A stretch of 32,000 nucleotides of DNA, from positions 270,001-302,000 of the forward strand of contig CBDCNV010000001.1 of the NCBI GenBank assembly GCA_965219535.1, in the 5' to 3' direction. Positions 1 through 7,789 of the stretch are shown in pieces. The stretch is from Opitutales bacterium (GTDB taxonomy: Bacteria > Verrucomicrobiota > Verrucomicrobiia > Opitutales > PNEW01). The position numbers and the translations under genes were made by a program. Within the stretch, counting starts at the first letter, position 1. Every line of letters starts with the position of its first letter. The notes under the pieces are model-generated. The model ran no database searches. It was not told where the DNA came from and saw only the letters and a list, made by a program, of their open reading frames with translations.

Positions 1-360
1 AGTTGTCTTACCTGAGCCGTTAATTCCCACGAGGCAGATTACTATTGGTTTGGTCCCATCTGAATCCAGTTTGCGATCGGCACCGGCGAGCAACTGCTTT
101 AATACCGCGGATGCAATGGTCGTGACCTCTTGATGGCGTAGTGTTCGATCCTTTTCGTAGGCTGTTTTAATTTCATCGATAATTTTCATTGTGCCATCAA
201 CACCGATATCAGCACCATAGAGAGCTTCTTCAATGCGATCGATCGTCCCGGGCTCAATTTCTTTGCCGGAGATTAAACCGTCGACTGAACCGAAGACAGA
301 GTAAAATGTCGGTGCGGTTTTCTTGAGCCCGTCTTTAAATTTCTGGAAAATTCCCGACAT
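1..360 (-). CDS. ftsY: Signal recognition particle receptor FtsY, N-terminal part (partial; continues past position 1)
   Basis: Absent from the ORF track because the window edge truncates it. The reverse complement reads from ATG (complement of 358-360): MSGIFQKFKDGLKKT...GTKPIVICLVGINGSGKTT. The F-x-K-x-K-x-G-L-x-K-T start and the GxNGxGKTT P-loop are SRP-GTPase (FtsY) N/G-domain hallmarks. Confidence 0.85.
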   Translation of the reverse strand, partial: MSGIFQKFKDGLKKTAPTFYSVFGSVDGLISGKEIEPGTIDRIEEALYGADIGVDGTMKIIDEIKTAYEKDRTLRHQEVTTIASAVLKQLLAGADRKLDSDGTKPIVICLVGINGSGKTT

Positions 361-417
361 TGGGTAAAATATATAATAGAGGGAGATTCAATCTAGTGAA
401 TTACATAGATTGAAAAC

Positions 418-852
418 TCAATCGATTACTGGTTCCCGAAAGGGGCGGTTAAGCTTCGCTTTCAACTGGTCGAGGATACCATTGATAAAGCGCCTGGCGT
501 CGGGGATGGAAAATACTTTAGTTAAGTCGATGGCTTCATTGATAGAAACTACGGGGGGGATATCTGTTCGGAAGAGAAGTTCATATATTGCCAGTCGAAG
601 TATGGCCAGGTCGACTTTAGCGATTCTCCGAAAGGACCAGTTTTGTGCGTATGAATTTATCTCATTGTCGATTTCATCACGATTTTCTAACGTTCCACGG
701 ATAAGTTCATCGGCAAAATTATAGAATTCACGTGGATTTTCCTGATCATCAAAAAATTGCTTCAGTTCAATTTCCAGATCATCGGTGGGGTTGATATCCC
801 ACATATAGAGAAATTGAAAGGCGGCGATGCGGTTGTCACGTCGAGTACTCAT
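418..852 (-). CDS. nusB: Transcription antitermination factor NusB
   Basis: 144 aa. MSTRRDNRIAAFQFLY..., ...AILRLAIYELLF..DIPPVVSINEAIDLTK is the typical NusB signature. ATGA overlap with the ribH stop (849-852). The ribH-nusB order is widely conserved. Confidence 0.9.
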   Translation of the reverse strand: MSTRRDNRIAAFQFLYMWDINPTDDLEIELKQFFDDQENPREFYNFADELIRGTLENRDEIDNEINSYAQNWSFRRIAKVDLAILRLAIYELLFRTDIPPVVSINEAIDLTKVFSIPDARRFINGILDQLKAKLNRPFREPVID

Positions 853-1430
853 GAATCCCCATTCTTTGTATTCGATTCTCTTTCCGTAATACTGTCCCGC
901 GTTTCCTCTTCATGCTGAGCGGGCAATTCATTATGCTCTAAAACCCCTTGAGCTGACCACCATTTTAAGAGCCGATTGTTTACCTCTGCCATCTCGAGTG
1001 CGGCGAGCGCAAACTCTTTACCACGGTTAATATCACTACCACAACGAACCTCAGCCTGTTCACGCGTTGCGGTAATTATGCCATTAATAATAGGCGTGTT
1101 TGTATCGATCGCTATTTGCTGAATTGCCAAACTGGAACTTTGGGCGATGATCTCGTGATGATCAGTTTCCCCAGCAATAATAACACCCAGCGCGATGAGA
1201 CAATCAAAGTGCATCGGCTCGGCAAGCATACTGATGGTATATGGTATCTCATGTGAACCGGGGACGCGGATCAATTCAATGGCGTCTTCCTCTACGCCCG
1301 CTTGCGTGAGATTTTTCAGCACATTGTCGAGTAAAAGGTCCACCAGCTCTTGATTGTAGCGAGAGGCGACGATCGCAAAGCTGCGGTTGCGCGCATCAGT
1401 GCTTAAAGATTCTGGTATTTCGAGACTCAT
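849..1430 (-). CDS. ribH: 6,7-dimethyl-8-ribityllumazine synthase with an acidic C-terminal extension
   Basis: 193 aa. The core (FAIVASRYNQELVDLLL...VPGSHEIP...ALGVIIAGETDHHEII...PIINGIIT) matches the lumazine synthase fold. It sits in a riboflavin gene context. Confidence 0.9.
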   Translation of the reverse strand: MSLEIPESLSTDARNRSFAIVASRYNQELVDLLLDNVLKNLTQAGVEEDAIELIRVPGSHEIPYTISMLAEPMHFDCLIALGVIIAGETDHHEIIAQSSSLAIQQIAIDTNTPIINGIITATREQAEVRCGSDINRGKEFALAALEMAEVNNRLLKWWSAQGVLEHNELPAQHEEETRDSITERESNTKNGDS

Positions 1431-1459
1431 GAATGCTGAATAAAGTTAAACCGACGTCG

Positions 1460-2569
1460 TCAAGTTAATGGAATTTGCTCAACGATTTCCAAATCATAGC
1501 CATCGAGAGCGATGACCTTGCGGTGGGTACTGGATAGCAGTCTGATTTTTTTCAGGCCGAGTTCAGATAATATCTGGGCACCAATACCATAGTCGCGAAA
1601 GTCCATACGCGCGGGAGCTATTTTACCATTTTTTTCCTTACCTGTTTTCTCGACATTAAATCCACTATGAGGTTGTTCGAGGTAGAGTATGACCCCGTTC
1701 TTTTCTTTCGCGATCCATTCGAGAGAGGAAACGAGGGATTGATGACTATTCATATCGCGCGCTTGAAAAATATCACTCAGCAGGTTTTCACTGTGGACGC
1801 GCACAAGCGTTGGATCGGGACTGAGATTGCCAATGCTAAGTGCTATATGGTGGCGGCCATCAATTTTATTACGATAGACATGCAAATCAAACTTACCATA
1901 AGCGGAGGCGAAAGGTTGTTCAGTCAGCTTTTCGACGAGCTTTTCACGTTTGTGTCGATATTGGATAAGGTCGGCGATGGAGATCAGCTTAAGCCCTAAT
2001 TTTTCTTTAAATTTGATCAACGCGGGTAATCGTGCGCAGGTACCATCGTCGTTAAGGAGTTCACAAAGGACCCCACTCGGGTGCAGCCCAGCCAGGACAG
2101 CCAGATCAACGGCTGCCTCGGTGTGACCGGCGCGCTGGAGGACACCTCCCGGTTTTGCGCGCAAGGGAAAAACATGACCTGGTTGGACAAGATTTTCAGG
2201 ATGACTCTCTGGATTGGAGAGAATTTTAATTGTCGTCGCGCGATCAAAGGCACTGATACCGGTACTGATACCTTCCGCCGCGTCGACCGATATTGTAAAA
2301 TCGGTGCGATGGGATTCACGGTTATCGGGAACCATTTGGTTAATTCCTAAATGCTTAAGCTGGTGACTCGTGGTTGGGGCGCAAATGATACCGCTACAAT
2401 AACGAATCATAAGATTAATGGCTTCCGGAGTAACTTTAGAAGCAGCCATGATGAGGTCACCCTCGTTTTCACGAGTCTCATCATCGGTTACGATTACGAG
2501 CTTACCATCGGCAATGTCTTGAATTGCCTCTTCCACGGGATCGAAAGCATAATTTAAAGAATTATCCAC
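1460..2569 (-). CDS. ribBA: 3,4-dihydroxy-2-butanone-4-phosphate synthase fused to a degenerate GTP cyclohydrolase II-like domain (RibBX-like)
   Basis: 369 aa. The N-terminal half has the RibB signature (DDETRENEGDLIMAA...GHTEAAVDLA). The C-terminal half aligns to RibA (VRVHSE...DYGIGAQIL...), but the three Zn-ligand cysteine positions read N, M and S. Confidence 0.85.
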   Translation of the reverse strand: MDNSLNYAFDPVEEAIQDIADGKLVIVTDDETRENEGDLIMAASKVTPEAINLMIRYCSGIICAPTTSHQLKHLGINQMVPDNRESHRTDFTISVDAAEGISTGISAFDRATTIKILSNPESHPENLVQPGHVFPLRAKPGGVLQRAGHTEAAVDLAVLAGLHPSGVLCELLNDDGTCARLPALIKFKEKLGLKLISIADLIQYRHKREKLVEKLTEQPFASAYGKFDLHVYRNKIDGRHHIALSIGNLSPDPTLVRVHSENLLSDIFQARDMNSHQSLVSSLEWIAKEKNGVILYLEQPHSGFNVEKTGKEKNGKIAPARMDFRDYGIGAQILSELGLKKIRLLSSTHRKVIALDGYDLEIVEQIPLT

Positions 2570-2796
2570 GGCTATTAATTAATCTTAATTTCAGTAACAA
2601 AAAGGAATATTTTTACCCTATAAATCGTATATCCTTTGATTTAAAAGTAAATCACGGAAAAACATAACTCCAATTTTCAAGAATAGTTATATTCGCCATT
2701 AAAGGGTAGGAAAATGCAAGGAATCGATAAATTGACTTTCTTTATTGCGGAAAAACTTAATTATTCATTGTTTAAGAAAACCTGACTTAATCAAAT

Positions 2797-3768
2797 ATGA
2801 ATAAAGTTCACGTCCTCCTTTTACACAGACCTGATAGAGCCGGCATATGGGGAAATGAAGCTATTGAAGAAATAGGCAAACGTCATGATTTGCGCTACTT
2901 CAATTATGACGAACCCGTAAAACCACAATTTGAGGGAATCGATGTCGTGGTACAACTGAACTACAGCACACAGGAAATGATGGATGCCGCGAGTGAGGCC
3001 GGAGTAAAATTCTGGCAGTTGCAAAGTGTCGGGTTTGAGCACTTCGATTTGGAATACATGAAAAGCAAAGGAATCCCCGTGTCCAATTGCCCGGGTATTT
3101 TCAGCAGCGTAGCGCTCGCGCAAACGGCAATGATGTTTATTCTTATGTCAGCCCATAAATTTAATGAAGCTCAGGAGCATATCAGAGAGAGTGTGGTCGG
3201 GATGATCAAGGGATACGACCTCGTTGGGCGAACCTTGGCGCTTGTCGGATTTGGCGCCAGCGCCCAGGCACTGGCGCGCCGAGCTAAACCGTTCGGGATG
3301 ATTATAAAGGCCATTGATGTTCGTCCTATCGAGCAGGAAGTGCTGGATGAAATTCAACTTGATTTTCTCGGCACACCGGACGATCTCGATCAGCTCTGCG
3401 CCGATTGTGATTACCTTTCACTCCACCTTCATCTCAATAAGGAGACCGAAAAAATAATTAACGCCCACCGGATCTCTTTAATGAAAACGGACGCATGGCT
3501 CATTAATATCGCCCGCGGAGGGCTGGTCGATCAGGACGCTTTATTCGAAGCTTTACTCTCTAATAAAATCGGCGGTGCGGGGCTTGATGTCTTCGCCCAA
3601 GAACCTGTTGATCCGACAGAGCCGGTATTAGCACTGCCTAATGTTTTTGCCTTGCCGCATACCGCGGGTGGCACTGATGGCACGGCCAGGAATCGTGCCG
3701 TCTGCGCCGCTACAAACTGCGATCGCATAGCTGAAGGTCTGGATCCGCTTTACCGCATCGACCAGTAA
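2797..3768 (+). CDS. D-isomer-specific 2-hydroxyacid dehydrogenase family protein (paralog 1)
   Basis: 323 aa. Dinucleotide-binding stretch LALVGFGASAQALARRA. Catalytic-triad context NIARGGLVD ... DVFAQEP ... LPHTAGGT (Arg/Glu/His). Confidence 0.8.
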   Translation: MNKVHVLLLHRPDRAGIWGNEAIEEIGKRHDLRYFNYDEPVKPQFEGIDVVVQLNYSTQEMMDAASEAGVKFWQLQSVGFEHFDLEYMKSKGIPVSNCPGIFSSVALAQTAMMFILMSAHKFNEAQEHIRESVVGMIKGYDLVGRTLALVGFGASAQALARRAKPFGMIIKAIDVRPIEQEVLDEIQLDFLGTPDDLDQLCADCDYLSLHLHLNKETEKIINAHRISLMKTDAWLINIARGGLVDQDALFEALLSNKIGGAGLDVFAQEPVDPTEPVLALPNVFALPHTAGGTDGTARNRAVCAATNCDRIAEGLDPLYRIDQ

Positions 3769-4770
3769 ATGTTTAAAGTTGCCCATATCGCGAACGACAA
3801 CCACCCATTGCCGGACTGGGTGAGAGAAAAGTTTGAAAAGGCTGGCATTGATTATGTGTTCCACGATTGCCACACACGCGAGGACTTGGAAAAATATGCC
3901 GGCGATGCCGATGTTCTATTTTTAACATCCTCTCGTAAAGGGTTGGTGGTAGAAGAAAATATGGATATCTTCAAAAAGATGGGGTCGGTCATTAAATGCG
4001 GGAGTGGTACCGACAACATCGACCACGACGCCTGTACGAAAAGAGGAATTATTGTCGCGCATACCCCGGATGATCCAACGGAACCGACGAGCGACCACAT
4101 CATTTCTTTGCTCTTTACCGCGGTGCGGCAAACGGCCCGACAAGATCGGTTAATTCGTCGTGGTATATGGAGTGCCCAGGAAGCTTTACCCCTCGGGCAA
4201 TTTACGGGAGCTGATCTGGGCCTTATCGGTTTCGGGCGAATCGGCAAGGCGATCACGAGAAAGCTCTCGGGATTTGCGATGAATATTCGTGTTTTCGATC
4301 CCTATCTGGATGAGGAGACGATAAAATCACTGGGGTGCACGAAGGTAGAATTGAACGAGCTGTTGAAAGTTTCACAGTATGTCTTGACCGTATGCCCCCT
4401 GAATAAAGAAACCCGTGGCATCATAGGGGAGGAGGAACTTCAATTGATGAGACGGGACGCAGTCCTCGTCAACGGCGCGCGCGCGGGTATTGTAAATGAA
4501 GAAGCTTTGAAAAAAACCCTTCGCGAAGGAAGAATTATTGCAGCGGCATTTGATGTCCTGGAAAATCACCCCCTTAAAGCCGACGATGAATATCTCACTT
4601 TTGAAAATATGAATTTTACTCCACATTTAGGTGGTTATCACCATGACTATCCGGATGCGATCTATACCACCAGCGTCGAGGTCATTATCGAGATGTCAAA
4701 AATGCATCTTCCTAAATGGATCGCAAACAAAGGCGTCGTTCCCAAATGGGAGATGCGGGAAAGCGTGTAA
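3769..4770 (+). CDS. D-isomer-specific 2-hydroxyacid dehydrogenase family protein (paralog 2)
   Basis: 333 aa. GLIGFGRIGKAI (GxGxxG), VNGARAGIV, DVLENHP, TPHLGG. Its start codon directly abuts the upstream stop (TAAATG at 3766-3771). Confidence 0.8.
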   Translation: MFKVAHIANDNHPLPDWVREKFEKAGIDYVFHDCHTREDLEKYAGDADVLFLTSSRKGLVVEENMDIFKKMGSVIKCGSGTDNIDHDACTKRGIIVAHTPDDPTEPTSDHIISLLFTAVRQTARQDRLIRRGIWSAQEALPLGQFTGADLGLIGFGRIGKAITRKLSGFAMNIRVFDPYLDEETIKSLGCTKVELNELLKVSQYVLTVCPLNKETRGIIGEEELQLMRRDAVLVNGARAGIVNEEALKKTLREGRIIAAAFDVLENHPLKADDEYLTFENMNFTPHLGGYHHDYPDAIYTTSVEVIIEMSKMHLPKWIANKGVVPKWEMRESV

Positions 4771-4834
4771 GGGTGAATGGGTGTAAGCGAAAATGCGGAA
4801 ATACGGGAATGAAATAATGGAGTAAAATATAAAT
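4771..4834 (+). repeat. Degenerate 8-nt periodic purine-rich tract (consensus about G-N-G-R-R-A-A-T, 6-8 units)
   Basis: Units read in phase: gggtgaat gggtgtaa gcgaaaat gcggaaat acgggaat gaaataat ggagtaaa atataaat. Begins immediately after the stop at 4770. Confidence 0.6.
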
Positions 4835-4874
4835 TTCTTAATCAGATCGAGCAGGTAATTCAGGATATAATATA

Positions 4875-5786
4875 ATGGCATATAAATATACGGTTGTTTG
4901 CGATACCTTGGGTTTTTTAGGTTATGACGTTCTGGAGCAACCCGAGGAGATACTTAAGACGATAAAAGATGCAGGTTATGACGGGGCGGATTTACCGGGC
5001 GCACCGGACAGGGCGGATACAAAACAATTGCGTGGAATTATGGATACACTTGAGTTGGAAGTTCCGGAAGTCCTTGGGGCATGGGCTTATTTCCATGGCG
5101 GCGAGGACAGGGATCTGGCTGGCGACAACGGGGAAGCCCGTCAAAGAGGAATTAAGTATGCCAAGAAGGCGATAGACTATTCCGCCGAACTGGGTGCTAG
5201 CTTCTTCGAAATATGTGCGGCGCAGCCCCCTGTTTACCAAGTTCCCTTTCCGAAGCTACCCATTGATACTTTAAAAAAGAATTTTATCGACGCCTTACAG
5301 GAGATTTGCCCTTACGCAGAAGAGCGGGGAATAGCGATACTCCTTGAACCTTTGAACTGCTACGAAGCCTATCCCGGTGTTTTGACGACGATTGATGAAG
5401 CCTTAAACATTATCGAGGAGTCCGGTATGAAAAATCTGGGCATCCAACCCGATATATTTCATATGAATGTCGGTGAGGGGTCTATACCCGATGCCATCCG
5501 GGCGGCGGGTGAGAAGGTCAAACACTTTCACATGAATGAAACTAATCACCGGGAGCATGGAACAGGCCATGCTGATTACCCGGCGATAATCAAAGCGCTG
5601 AAGGATATTAACTACAACGGCTATATAGCATTTTATATGCCGTTCACTACACAGGAAATCTTTAATATGGCAGGAGAAGGTTATGGTCAATCAAGTGGAG
5701 ATGAAAGGGAGTCCAAGCGGCCTGATTTAAAAGCGTATCTTGAAAGACCGCTGAAGTTATTTAAAGAGTTGGAAGCTAATGGTTAA
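4875..5786 (+). CDS. Xylose isomerase-like TIM-barrel protein (sugar phosphate isomerase/epimerase family), paralog 1
   Basis: 303 aa. Shares the motifs LLEPLNCYEAYPG, GIQPDIFHMNVGE and HFHMNETNH (candidate Glu/Asp/His/Glu metal ligands) with the ORFs at 5810 and 9279. Confidence 0.8.
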   Translation: MAYKYTVVCDTLGFLGYDVLEQPEEILKTIKDAGYDGADLPGAPDRADTKQLRGIMDTLELEVPEVLGAWAYFHGGEDRDLAGDNGEARQRGIKYAKKAIDYSAELGASFFEICAAQPPVYQVPFPKLPIDTLKKNFIDALQEICPYAEERGIAILLEPLNCYEAYPGVLTTIDEALNIIEESGMKNLGIQPDIFHMNVGEGSIPDAIRAAGEKVKHFHMNETNHREHGTGHADYPAIIKALKDINYNGYIAFYMPFTTQEIFNMAGEGYGQSSGDERESKRPDLKAYLERPLKLFKELEANG

Positions 5787-5809
5787 GTAGCGCACAACGA
5801 ACAGGTATT

Positions 5810-6703
5810 ATGGCTTTTAAATATTCAGTATCCGGACTTACACTCGGCTTTTTGGGGTATGATTTTTCGGAAGAACCGGAATTTATTTTGAAGGCAATCA
5901 AGCATGCGGGTTTTGATGGCATCGATGTTTTTGACAATCCGAAAAATCGCAACACGGAACAGATACGACGAGTTGCAGATTCTCTCAACCTGGAGGTCCC
6001 AGAAGTTTTGGGCAATTGGGGTGGTGATGGCAGAGACCTGGCAGGAGGTGATGATGACACGAGAAAAAAAGCAGTTGAGTATGCAAAGGAAGCTATTGAT
6101 TACTGTGTCGATTTGAATTCTCCATTTTTTGGGTTTTGTCTTCCCCAGCCCGGTGTAACCGAGGCGCCCATTTCAGTAATGTCCGTCGAAACTCTGAAAA
6201 GCAATCTTGTCGACGGACTCAATGAAATATGTGCTTACGCTGCCGAACGAAAGGTAACTGTCGCCGTTGAACCATTGAATTGCTATGAAAGCTATCCCTG
6301 TTTAATGAATACGCTTAATGAAACGATGCATGTAATCAGGGAGCTGGATTGCGATAACATCGGTCTTCAACCGGACGTATTTCATATGAATGTCGGAGAA
6401 AAATCGATTACCGATGCAATTAAAACATTTAAAGACCACATCGTGACATTTCACATGAACGAAACCAATCACTTCAAGTTCGGGAGCGGCCATGCCAATG
6501 TAAAGGCAATTATGCAAGCATTGAAAGAGATAGAATTTTCCGGTTACATGACGATATACATGCCATTAATGACGAGGGAACTTTTCAACATGGCCTTTCG
6601 CGGTATTGTCGACGAAGGCGCGACGCCCGTGAAAGCCAATTTGGAGGCCGTTCTCACTGAAACAATGGAGTATATCAAATGCGTGGAGGCTGAGATCGGG
6701 TAA
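5810..6703 (+). CDS. Xylose isomerase-like TIM-barrel protein, paralog 2
   Basis: 297 aa. Collinear with paralog 1 (MAFKYSVSG.., VEPLNCYESYP, GLQPDVFHMNVGE, FHMNETNH). Lies 23 nt downstream of paralog 1. Confidence 0.8.
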   Translation: MAFKYSVSGLTLGFLGYDFSEEPEFILKAIKHAGFDGIDVFDNPKNRNTEQIRRVADSLNLEVPEVLGNWGGDGRDLAGGDDDTRKKAVEYAKEAIDYCVDLNSPFFGFCLPQPGVTEAPISVMSVETLKSNLVDGLNEICAYAAERKVTVAVEPLNCYESYPCLMNTLNETMHVIRELDCDNIGLQPDVFHMNVGEKSITDAIKTFKDHIVTFHMNETNHFKFGSGHANVKAIMQALKEIEFSGYMTIYMPLMTRELFNMAFRGIVDEGATPVKANLEAVLTETMEYIKCVEAEIG

Positions 6704-6719
6704 GAAAGCAATTGTAGTT

Positions 6720-6763
6720 CGATGCAGGTGTGGATGCGTGTAGAAGGAAATGAAATAATGGAG
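6720..6763 (+). repeat. Second, shorter copy of the 8-nt periodic element
   Basis: cgatgcag gtgtggat gcgtgtag aaggaaat gaaataat ggag. Shares the exact 15-mer AATGAAATAATGGAG (6749-6763) with 4808-4822. Confidence 0.5.
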
Positions 6764-6802
6764 GGACGTGCTCCGTCGCGTCCGCGGAACGGGACGAGGA
6801 CG
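6764..6802. terminator. GC-rich hairpin cluster between convergent genes (candidate bidirectional terminator)
   Basis: GGACG (6764-6768, 6792-6796, 6798-6802) can pair alternatively with CGTCC (6779-6783). There is an 8-bp palindrome TCCGCGGA at 6781-6788. On the minus strand the structure is followed by a T-rich run (CTCCATTATTTCATTT). No strong canonical U-tract. Confidence 0.3.
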
Positions 6803-6806
6803 AAGA

Positions 6807-7769
6807 TTACTGGTTATTGCAGACCTCGGCAACCAGTTCTTGTGCACGTTGCAAACTCGTCGATTTTTCCTCCAGCATGCGTCGCCGAACTTCAACGAGG
6901 GTTTCCTTGTCCGCGTGGGTCGTTACGTAGAGCGCACGACTGTTGATGATCGCATCAATCTGCTGGGCAACGCGCCGGACATCGGGCCCCAGGGTGTGCG
7001 CTAGCCAATTTACGGTGTCATTTATCGCTTGATACCGAAAATCGCACGAAAGCCTGATCCGGTCGGAACGATTGATGAGTCCACGATGAGCGGTAACATG
7101 ACTGAAGAAGATGGCATCACCGGGATGGTAATCGCTTGTTGCCCAGGTGAACTTATCCATGTCCAGTCCAAACCCCTTGGACCGTGATTCATCAGAAGAG
7201 CTGGGATTGGAACCCGCATGTTCCATAAATCCCATTTTGTGAGAACCTGGAACAATAGCGAGACCTCCTAATTTCTCGTCAATGTCCATGAGTGGTAACC
7301 AGCAGGTATAAAATCTATCTGCCCCATACCCAAGATTCTTTGCGCCGTCCTGGTGCGCGCCAACGCCGATATCATCAGAAGCGTCCGGGTCGGGGCACAT
7401 GACACGGATGAGACGCTGTTCCCATACTTGAACCGGTGCTCCGAAAACACTTTCCATGAGGGAAACAATTTCCAGTGATTGAGCGAAACTATTAAAAGAG
7501 TCGAGTCTTACGACTTTATCATAGTACTGCATATATTCCTCTTCCGTGGGGTGGGGCCCTCCGCTCCACAGGGGGTCATTCGTGCTGTCGTCTTCAATAA
7601 TATTATGCTCTTTCAGAATCGCCATGATCTCTCTTTTTACCTGTAAGGCGCGATCGGGATCGACGAGGCGCCGCAGCAAGAGATAACCCTCTTCATTGAG
7701 AATCTCCACAAGGCGCTTACTATCGCCCATGTGTTCCGTTGAATCTTTCAACTGAAGATAGCCGCTCAT
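6807..7769 (-). CDS. Phytanoyl-CoA dioxygenase (PhyH) family Fe(II)/2-oxoglutarate-dependent oxygenase
   Basis: 320 aa. H-x-D facial-triad context GVGAHQDG and distal His in GDAIFFSHVTAHRG. Overall PhyH-like layout. Confidence 0.7.
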   Translation of the reverse strand: MSGYLQLKDSTEHMGDSKRLVEILNEEGYLLLRRLVDPDRALQVKREIMAILKEHNIIEDDSTNDPLWSGGPHPTEEEYMQYYDKVVRLDSFNSFAQSLEIVSLMESVFGAPVQVWEQRLIRVMCPDPDASDDIGVGAHQDGAKNLGYGADRFYTCWLPLMDIDEKLGGLAIVPGSHKMGFMEHAGSNPSSSDESRSKGFGLDMDKFTWATSDYHPGDAIFFSHVTAHRGLINRSDRIRLSCDFRYQAINDTVNWLAHTLGPDVRRVAQQIDAIINSRALYVTTHADKETLVEVRRRMLEEKSTSLQRAQELVAEVCNNQ

Positions 7770-7789
7770 CGATGTCTCAACACTTCACC

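Noticed and set aside
387-414. 8-bp stem TTCAATCT/AGATTGAA with a 12-nt loop between the nusB stop and the ftsY start
   Set aside because: The stem is AT-rich with no adjacent U-tract on the minus strand. It could be a weak terminator or an ftsY promoter element but is not supportable from sequence alone.
1667-2557. Plus-strand ORFs (1667-1999, 2081-2350, 2351-2557) and the out-of-frame minus-strand ORF 2017-2319, all inside ribBA
   Set aside because: They lie antisense to, or out of frame with, a strongly supported conserved gene. Their translations are low-complexity with no motifs, so they are typical shadow ORFs.
2570-2796. Possible FMN (RFN) riboswitch upstream of ribBA
   Set aside because: The region is AT-rich. 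It lacks the conserved GC-rich RFN cores, such as the AGGGCGGGGTGAAATTCCC-type and GGATGGGAGA-type segments, on the minus strand.
4793-4825. 10-codon mini-ORF MRKYGNEIME sharing GNEIME with the ORF at 6722
   Set aside because: The shared peptide is explained by the shared nucleotide 15-mer of the periodic element. There is no evidence of translation, and it is too short to support.
6722-7004. ORFs 6722-6946 and 6768-7004 on the plus strand
   Set aside because: They begin inside the repeat/hairpin element and then run antisense through the PhyH 3-prime end. The Arg/Pro/Gly-rich translation is typical of translated GC-rich repeat DNA.
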